Of a DNA stretch of 64,000 nt, positions 57,847-64,000 are shown in pieces. Origin of the DNA: an uncultured Gammaproteobacteria bacterium (GTDB lineage: Bacteria > Patescibacteriota > Microgenomatia > UBA1406 > GWC2-37-13). The stretch lies in the NCBI GenBank assembly GCA_964559705.1, contig CAZLGV010000001.1, positions 447,322-511,321 on the forward strand, written 5' to 3'. The notes beneath the pieces are model-generated. The model did no database searches. It was not told the origin of the DNA and saw only the letters and a program-made list of their open reading frames with translations. Each line of letters starts with the position of its first letter. The first letter of the stretch is position 1. The position numbers were made by a program, and so were the translations under genes.

Positions 57847-59432
57847 AGTTCATAAATCCAAAAGATCTCCTCCTTGCCGATTTTGATTTTTTTAATTCCA
57901 GTTCTATTGGGATAGATATTTTGATCACTGAAATCATGTGGATAGGCTATTAATGAGACGTTTTTCTGATTAGAACTTCCACTAAGAGTGAATATAAATT
58001 TATCAAATTTTTCAATTTGGCCAAAACCATATTTATCAGGCGAGGTTAAATTTGCCTGTTTTTGATATAGAACTGGAGGATAATTCAGATAAAATAGCAA
58101 AAAAATATAAGGTTCGCCATGTTCGGGAGATATGTAAAAGCGATCAAATTTATTGTAATGATCTTTTATATATTTGCCTAACTCTCTATAACCACACTGC
58201 GAAGCTCTTATGGTCACTCCTCGTTTTTGGTAGTGATTAAAATAAAAATTCCAGCCAGTTAAAAGAAAAAATAGTTCCAGGGCCAGGACAGGTATAAAAA
58301 TTATTCTAAGTCGACTAGGCTTAAGATTGGTAAAAAATGAAATTGCTCCATAAGATAAAATCATAATAGCCGGAACAAATAATATTAATGATCGGCTAAG
58401 TGAAGCTCCAGCCCAGGATAGTGATGCCGAGAGGGGAGAAAATAATAAAAATCCAAGGATAAAAAATCTCCATTTCTCTTTATTTTTCAAAAGATAATAT
58501 AAACCTATTAATATAAAAATGTACTCGATAATAGTCTGTGGAGCCATTCCTGGGAAGCCAAAACGATAGTTCTCATCACCATTGATTGCCAGGAATTGAG
58601 GCGAAAAGTATTTAATGTATTCCGAAGTAGTATCCTTAAAGCCAACAGTAAGCTTATTGTATAGAAGTCCGCTGCCGCCTTCGTTCCTAAGCTCATTTAT
58701 TTTAGCTGAGAATCCGGGCGTGTTAAAAAAAATAAGATTTTTTATTCTCTCTGGTTTATATATGAAATCAGTAAGTGTGAAGAGGAAAAAAACTAAAAGA
58801 GTTAAAGTTATAAGTAAGCTTATATATTTTTTTCTATAAGCAAGAGCAAAGATTATAAAAAAGATTATAAAAATTCGAGTGAAATGATAACTAAGTAGAG
58901 ACAAAAAGAAAAAGATAAGAAAAAATATTGTATTTCGGAGGCTGACTTTTTTTAATAATTTTATAAAAAATAAGCAGGCAAAACTAATTATAAAAGTTGT
59001 TAAATATGCCTCATGAGCTTGTCGGCTTATAATATAAAGCCCAAGACTAATACTTGTCATGAAGGCTGAAAGAAGAGCAACAGACGTTTTATTGAAGGCC
59101 TCTTTAGCTAAAAGATAGACTACCAGAGGTAAAAGGATGGCAATAAATTTATTCAGCAGTCTGATAGATAAATCATTGAGCCCAAATATTTTTATGAAAG
59201 GAATAGAAAGATAACTATAGAGAGGCATTTTATAATCGCCAAAAGATTTTAAACGCAGGGGAAATTTTTGGCCATACTCATCGGCTCCTGTTTGTAAGAT
59301 TGAGTAAGCGTTATAACCGAAGCTTGCCTCATCGGCATTAATACACCTAGGAATATCGTTTATCTTATAAAATTGCAAAAAAAATGAAAGAACTACGATT
59401 AATACTAGAACTAACAAAGTTTTTTTACTCAT
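57843..59432 (-). CDS. GT-C glycosyltransferase, PMT_2/ArnT-like (GT39/GT83-like)
   Basis: N-terminal INADEASFGYNAYSIL..G.DEYG..FPL loop typical of the family; more than 10 TM. Confidence 0.7.
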   Translation of the reverse strand: MSKKTLLVLVLIVVLSFFLQFYKINDIPRCINADEASFGYNAYSILQTGADEYGQKFPLRLKSFGDYKMPLYSYLSIPFIKIFGLNDLSIRLLNKFIAILLPLVVYLLAKEAFNKTSVALLSAFMTSISLGLYIISRQAHEAYLTTFIISFACLFFIKLLKKVSLRNTIFFLIFFFLSLLSYHFTRIFIIFFIIFALAYRKKYISLLITLTLLVFFLFTLTDFIYKPERIKNLIFFNTPGFSAKINELRNEGGSGLLYNKLTVGFKDTTSEYIKYFSPQFLAINGDENYRFGFPGMAPQTIIEYIFILIGLYYLLKNKEKWRFFILGFLLFSPLSASLSWAGASLSRSLILFVPAIMILSYGAISFFTNLKPSRLRIIFIPVLALELFFLLTGWNFYFNHYQKRGVTIRASQCGYRELGKYIKDHYNKFDRFYISPEHGEPYIFLLFYLNYPPVLYQKQANLTSPDKYGFGQIEKFDKFIFTLSGSSNQKNVSLIAYPHDFSDQNIYPNRTGIKKIKIGKEEIFWIYEL

Positions 59433-60319
59433 GAAAAAGATTCCAAAATTTCAGAATCGGAAATTGCATATTGCTTGTTCATTTTTCTTTTAGCTAAAAT
59501 TTCGGGCAGTTTTGCCAGAGCTTGAAATAATCCTTTAAAAAAATTTAAATCTCCCTTTAAAAGAAAGAGAATGAGATTAGGAATAAATAAAATAAAATGG
59601 GAAAATAAAAGTTTTTTGTCTGTAATATTTTTCCAAATGAAGATTAATTGATTTCTATAGGCAATTGTGTTTATGGTTTTTTTTGAGAAAAAAGAACCAA
59701 TTGTTGATTCATGATAATGTCTAACTTTAATTTGCGAAACAAAAAAAATTTCAAGACCGCTTCTCCAAGCCCGATAAGAAAGATCGATATCTTCCCAATA
59801 GAATGGACTATAGAGCATATCAAAACCCGCAAGATTTAAAAATTTTTCTCTATCGATAATACTTGCTCCACCCTCAGCCCAGGCATTTTTTCCCAGCAAT
59901 AAGTCTCTTGCTTTTTGATGACGAAAAAAGCCATTTCTCCAATAAATTATATTTTTTCCAACAATTGACATGTCTTGTTCTTCTTGAGCAAAGCTTACAG
60001 CGAAAAGCTTATGGTTTTTCCTAAAATATGGCAAAGCTTTTATAAAAGAATTGTCGTTTAATGCGACATCAGTATTCAAAAGCATTACATATTTAGTTTT
60101 TGCCGCCTTAACACCTTTATTAACCGCACCTCCGAAGCCAAGATTTTTTTTATTTTCTAAAAGTTTGATAGGAAAATTCTCCAAATCTTTTTTAATACTG
60201 GTCCCTGGATAATCATTGACCACGATTATTTTGTATCCTCTTAAAAATGGAAGATTTTTCCTTAGATTTTTAACAAGTAGGTCTGTTTTTTTATACGCCG
60301 GAATAACAACAGTAATCAT
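59429..60319 (-). CDS. Glycosyltransferase family 2
   Basis: ITVVIPAYK, NLGFGGAVN, LLNTDV and WEDIDLSYR motifs. Confidence 0.8.
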   Translation of the reverse strand: MITVVIPAYKKTDLLVKNLRKNLPFLRGYKIIVVNDYPGTSIKKDLENFPIKLLENKKNLGFGGAVNKGVKAAKTKYVMLLNTDVALNDNSFIKALPYFRKNHKLFAVSFAQEEQDMSIVGKNIIYWRNGFFRHQKARDLLLGKNAWAEGGASIIDREKFLNLAGFDMLYSPFYWEDIDLSYRAWRSGLEIFFVSQIKVRHYHESTIGSFFSKKTINTIAYRNQLIFIWKNITDKKLLFSHFILFIPNLILFLLKGDLNFFKGLFQALAKLPEILAKRKMNKQYAISDSEILESFS

Positions 60320-61404
60320 AAAATTAACTCTTTTACTTTTTGACTAAATACTTTATAGCTGAAATTTTCCGCTACATATTTTTTTGCATTTTTTTGAATC
60401 TCGTTTTGTAGAGCTTGATTTTTGAGGATGTTTAAAGTTTTTTTGAATAATTCAGTTTCGTTTTGAAAAATAAAGCCATTTTCTCCATCTTTTATAAGTT
60501 CTTTTGGTCCGCCTGCATTGTAAACAAATGTTAAGCATCCTGAGGCCATTGCTTCAAGCGGTGTAATCCCAAGGTGTTCAACTAACTCTGGATTTTTATC
60601 CTCATCAATTCCAAAACCTGCAAAATGCCAATAAACTAGGGATTTTTTATACAAATTAAGAAGTTGATTATAGGGTAGATTTGCCTCTAGAGTTATTGAA
60701 GGGTCTTTGTCTATTAATTTTTTTAGGCGATTGAAATAATCTTGATCTTCTTTTTTTAATCCGCCAGCTAAAATTAATTTAAAGTCTTTCATCTCCGGAT
60801 GTTTATTTTTAATTTTCTTAAAGAGCTTGATTATTAGATCGTGTTTTTTTGCATGTAAATGGGTGAAAAAACGACCAACACTCAAGATTATTTTTTCTTT
60901 GTTTAACTGAGCAAGATCAATTTTAAGAAAATTATCATCGAGATAGAGATACAAGACACTGGCTTCAACTCCCCATTTAGTAAGCCATTTTTTTGTGAAG
61001 TTTGAATTAACAAGAAACTTCCAATTGTTGGTTTTTAATTTATTAATTAGGCTCATATTGTATAAATCCTTTTTTGGCACGAAACAAAAAACAAAATTGT
61101 TCCTAGCGGCTGAAAAAAAATAACTGCCGTCGGTTAGATAAAAAAAATAATCAAACTGTTTTAATACAAAAAATTTTTTAATAAGTGAAGTTTTTTGTTT
61201 AAAAATATTTGGGCGAAACGTAATCAGATATTTAAAAGAGAGATCTAATTGGACTTTGAAATCATCCTGAAGATTTGAGTCCCAAAAAATATTTATATCG
61301 TAATTTTCGTCTTCCAGGACCTTCAATATCGATAGAATGTGTTTTTCACCACCACCTAAAACATCAAGGTAAGGATCATATAGAGCGGCGAGCCTTTTTT
61401 TCAT
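60316..61404 (-). CDS. Glycosyltransferase family 4 (GT-B)
   Basis: GGGEKH near the N-terminus, and EHLGITPLEAMASGCLTF. Confidence 0.75.
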   Translation of the reverse strand: MKKRLAALYDPYLDVLGGGEKHILSILKVLEDENYDINIFWDSNLQDDFKVQLDLSFKYLITFRPNIFKQKTSLIKKFFVLKQFDYFFYLTDGSYFFSAARNNFVFCFVPKKDLYNMSLINKLKTNNWKFLVNSNFTKKWLTKWGVEASVLYLYLDDNFLKIDLAQLNKEKIILSVGRFFTHLHAKKHDLIIKLFKKIKNKHPEMKDFKLILAGGLKKEDQDYFNRLKKLIDKDPSITLEANLPYNQLLNLYKKSLVYWHFAGFGIDEDKNPELVEHLGITPLEAMASGCLTFVYNAGGPKELIKDGENGFIFQNETELFKKTLNILKNQALQNEIQKNAKKYVAENFSYKVFSQKVKELIL

Positions 61405-62149
61405 AAAGAAATAGATAGGTTATGGTTTTTGAGAAAGCCTGATAAACACTCTCAATTATACCAATTGCCCCGTCCAGAAAGCCTTTGTTTTTAATAAGCC
61501 TACGATAGAGCTCTCCCAAAAATTTTCTGAAAAAGGTTGGTGCTGATACCTTTCGGCCTGCCTTGAGTAAAAGATCGGATTCAATATTCTCAAAAATAAT
61601 GGTTTTTTTGACCATCTCTTCAAAATTACCATGAAAGAAATGTAAAAGGGGAGTTTTAAGATATCCACATTGCCCCTGGATAATAGGAGTGGAATGTATT
61701 TCTTTTGGCCATTCTACAAAGTATTTCTTGGAGATAAGCCTAATCTGATAATCGGGCCACCAGCCTCCGTATTTTAGCCATCCGCCAGCTGGCAGATTGC
61801 CAAATATGTTCTTGCGGGGGATTTTATAGTGAGTGAATACGTTATCCTCAACTCGATTGAGGATCTCCTTAGCTAACTCTTTACTTATCCTTTCATCTGC
61901 ATCCAGAATCAGGACCCAATCCGTATTTACCTGTTTGATAGCAAATTCTCTTGATGGCTCAACATAAGGCGTAAAAGGATAGGAGAAAATAACTGCTCCT
62001 AATTTTTTTGCGATAAAGGCAGTATTATCATTACTTTCTATATCTACGACATATACGTCATCAGTGAGAAGCTTTGCAGATCTTATTGCTCCTTCAATTT
62101 TTTGAGCTTCGTTATGTGCTGAAATTACAACTGAAATAGATTTTTTCAC
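61376..62149 (-). CDS. Glycosyltransferase family 2
   Basis: ISVVISAHNE and ILDADE motifs. GTG start. Confidence 0.8.
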   Translation of the reverse strand: MKKSISVVISAHNEAQKIEGAIRSAKLLTDDVYVVDIESNDNTAFIAKKLGAVIFSYPFTPYVEPSREFAIKQVNTDWVLILDADERISKELAKEILNRVEDNVFTHYKIPRKNIFGNLPAGGWLKYGGWWPDYQIRLISKKYFVEWPKEIHSTPIIQGQCGYLKTPLLHFFHGNFEEMVKKTIIFENIESDLLLKAGRKVSAPTFFRKFLGELYRRLIKNKGFLDGAIGIIESVYQAFSKTITYLFLYEKKARRSI

Positions 62150-62155
62150 AAGTTT

Positions 62156-62165
62156 ATTTTATCAT
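62156..62165. promoter_or_regulatory. Overlapping divergent -10 boxes: minus TGaTAAAAT (6 nt to GTG 62149) and plus TATCAT (7 nt to GTG 62173)
   Basis: Plus strand: atttTATCATttagcttGTG. Minus strand: aaTGaTAAAATaaacttGTG. Confidence 0.4.
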
Positions 62166-62172
62166 TTAGCTT

Positions 62173-63702
62173 GTGTTTTTATCTAAGAATAAAAATAAGA
62201 TTTTAATTACAATAATTATACTGCTGAATGTTTTATTTGCTGCCTGGTTTTTGCTTCAAGGAGACATTTTATTCCACACTGATATAGCCAGAGATTTTTT
62301 GCTCCTCGAGGATATTGTAAAAAACAAACCCCTAACTCTTATTGGTCCGCGATCTGGTGGAATAGGAGGAGTTTTTCACGGACCCTTATGGCTATATCTT
62401 AATTTACCCGCTTTTGTTTTAGGTAAAGGAAATCCCGTGGTTGTGGGTTGGTTCTGGTGGTTAATTTACTTACTTTATATATATATTGTATATTTATATA
62501 CGCTCAAACTTTTTAATAAACCTACTGCGGTCATAACTACAATAATAACCTCTATTGTCTTTGCAGAAGCGGTTAGAAGTTTGTTTAATCCATTTGGCGC
62601 AGTTCTTTTATTTCCAATCTTTTTTTATTTTTTTTATCAATATTTCAAGTCTAAAAAAATAAAATATTTGATAACAAGTCTTTTTCTAGTTGGACTAATG
62701 ATCCAATTCCAAATCGCATTTAGTCTACCAATTTTATTTTTAGTTACACTACTATTAGGTTATCTTGTTTACAAACACAAATTATATAAACATCTTCTTT
62801 CATACTTTATCTTACTTATTCCTTTATCAACATACGTAGTATTTGAATTAAGACATAACTTTCTGCAGACAAATGCTGTATTTCAATATTTAACAATATC
62901 TCACAAGGGAGATCTAAAACCACTTGCCTTACTTCTAGATAGGGTGAGAGGAATGTTTGTTGATAATCTAAACATCGGATTTGGAAGTGTCTGGTATTTA
63001 ACATTTCCTTTTATGGCTTGGCTAGTTTATGCAATTTATAAAGGAATAAAAAATAAAGAAAGCAAAACAAGAGACATTTATTTATTGGGACTATATTTTT
63101 ATTTTGGTTTCTGGATTCTAACCTTTTTTTTCAAAGGACAGGTATGGAGTTATTATTATTGGCCATTTAATTTCTTAGTTATCCTTTTTTTTGCCCATTC
63201 CATATCTAATTTGAAAAAAAAGACACTTGTCGTTTTTTTGTTTTATGTTTTAATTTTGAATTACATTAATCAATTTATGTCGATAGTTAATTCGCAAAAA
63301 ACGATTAGTAAAGAAGGGTCATCATGGAGATTTAATTATCTAGTCGCAAAGCAGATATATCAGGATGCTCCAGCGGAATTTGGATATTATATCTACAGCC
63401 CAGACCAGTTTGGCTATTCTCCTCGATATGCTATCAATTACGCCCAAGATGAATATAAAAATAAAATTGCATACCCTTATTCCAAAAAGGCAATAACCTA
63501 CTTAATAATTGTTCCACCACCTGCGGACAGACCCTTTTTGAATGGGGAATGGTGGAAATATAATCAGGTAAATATGTCAAGAGGTGCTGACAAAGTATAT
63601 TTATTCCCAAATAAATTCAAATTAGAGAAATATATTCTAAATGAGGATGAGCTTAAAGTTTCCTCTGATCCCAATTTGATTCAAGATCTGCATTTCAGAT
63701 AA
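62173..63702 (+). CDS. Polytopic membrane protein, putative GT-C-type glycosyltransferase
   Basis: About 11 TM segments and a C-terminal soluble domain. The function is assigned only from topology and the glycosyltransferase neighbourhood. Confidence 0.4.
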   Translation: MFLSKNKNKILITIIILLNVLFAAWFLLQGDILFHTDIARDFLLLEDIVKNKPLTLIGPRSGGIGGVFHGPLWLYLNLPAFVLGKGNPVVVGWFWWLIYLLYIYIVYLYTLKLFNKPTAVITTIITSIVFAEAVRSLFNPFGAVLLFPIFFYFFYQYFKSKKIKYLITSLFLVGLMIQFQIAFSLPILFLVTLLLGYLVYKHKLYKHLLSYFILLIPLSTYVVFELRHNFLQTNAVFQYLTISHKGDLKPLALLLDRVRGMFVDNLNIGFGSVWYLTFPFMAWLVYAIYKGIKNKESKTRDIYLLGLYFYFGFWILTFFFKGQVWSYYYWPFNFLVILFFAHSISNLKKKTLVVFLFYVLILNYINQFMSIVNSQKTISKEGSSWRFNYLVAKQIYQDAPAEFGYYIYSPDQFGYSPRYAINYAQDEYKNKIAYPYSKKAITYLIIVPPPADRPFLNGEWWKYNQVNMSRGADKVYLFPNKFKLEKYILNEDELKVSSDPNLIQDLHFR

Positions 63703-63703
63703 T

Positions 63704-64000
63704 TTATTTTTTTACTTCAGGAGGTATTTTTAAACCGATTGCTCCATTTATTGTTAAATCATTTTTGCCAGGCGGAATTCTAATCTCAACCAGAGGGTCT
63801 CTTTGCCAATTACCGCTCTGTCTAATTTCGTACCAGTCGATTAAATATTTATAACCATTGTTTGCTCCGAGTGGAGTATTTAAACTAATATTGAATTGTT
63901 TATTCAAATCTATAGAGTTTTTTAATAATTTTATGGCTCTATCCTTGTAATATAATCCTCTTGGATTTTCAGAAAGATTATATTGGTTAGCTTTAAAGTT
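63704..64000 (-). CDS. Hypothetical protein, 5' end off-window
   Basis: I hand-extended the frame and found it open from 63907 to base 64000 (...NFKANQYNLSENPRGLYYKDRAIKLLKNSIDLNKQFN...). The tracked start is TTG. Confidence 0.4.
   Translation of the reverse strand, partial: NFKANQYNLSENPRGLYYKDRAIKLLKNSIDLNKQFNISLNTPLGANNGYKYLIDWYEIRQSGNWQRDPLVEIRIPPGKNDLTINGAIGLKIPPEVKK

Noticed and set aside
1-64000. CRISPR arrays, rRNA genes, transposases/integrases and prophage modules.
   Set aside because: I saw no regularly spaced direct repeats of 25-40 nt, no rRNA-like conserved stretches, and no ORF with DDE, tyrosine/serine recombinase, capsid or terminase motifs.

Overview
This is an AT-rich, gene-dense bacterial chromosomal segment with about 62 protein genes and one tRNA-Ser(CGA). 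I found no rRNA, CRISPR array, transposase or integrase. The gene content suggests a Candidate Phyla Radiation / Patescibacteria (Microgenomates-like) genome, but this is inference only: several tiny TrbC/VirB2-like 'pilin' paralogs, DUF2298 and other GT-C-like membrane proteins, a lamin-tail-domain surface protein, an archaeal/eukaryotic-type ATP-dependent DNA ligase, mevalonate-pathway genes and sparse metabolism. RF2 is present and TGA is used as a stop, so the genetic code is standard. Recognisable housekeeping blocks: mvaD-uppS; valS-rpmH-yidC-jag; recF-pckA-aminotransferase; radC; a lexA-dinB SOS cassette with two perfect palindromic operators; mscL; rpoB-rpoC-rpsL-rpsG-fusA; ftsE-ftsX-M23 peptidase; prfB; dnaG-rpoD; and two glycosyltransferase clusters. 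The most unusual region is about 14.6-26.7 kb. It holds a 1232-aa tail-anchored orphan protein with no motif I recognise and a relatively G+C-rich 5' part, then a Cys-rich secreted protein ending in a pilin-like module, then a 571-aa polytopic membrane protein. Next come two membrane-anchored cell-wall hydrolases that share an N-terminal module and a 60-nt near-identical linker but carry different catalytic domains (SLT versus LAS/M15-like). The region ends with a divergently transcribed ClpB/C-like AAA+ ATPase with atypical termini, a Pro/Thr/Ser-rich anchor protein and another pilin-like gene. I propose this as a candidate uncharacterised cell-envelope or surface-appendage system. A second recurring signal is that at least 12 first-in-operon genes have a (TGn)TAnnnT -10 box only 6-12 nt upstream of the start codon and no Shine-Dalgarno, which suggests widespread leaderless or near-leaderless expression.
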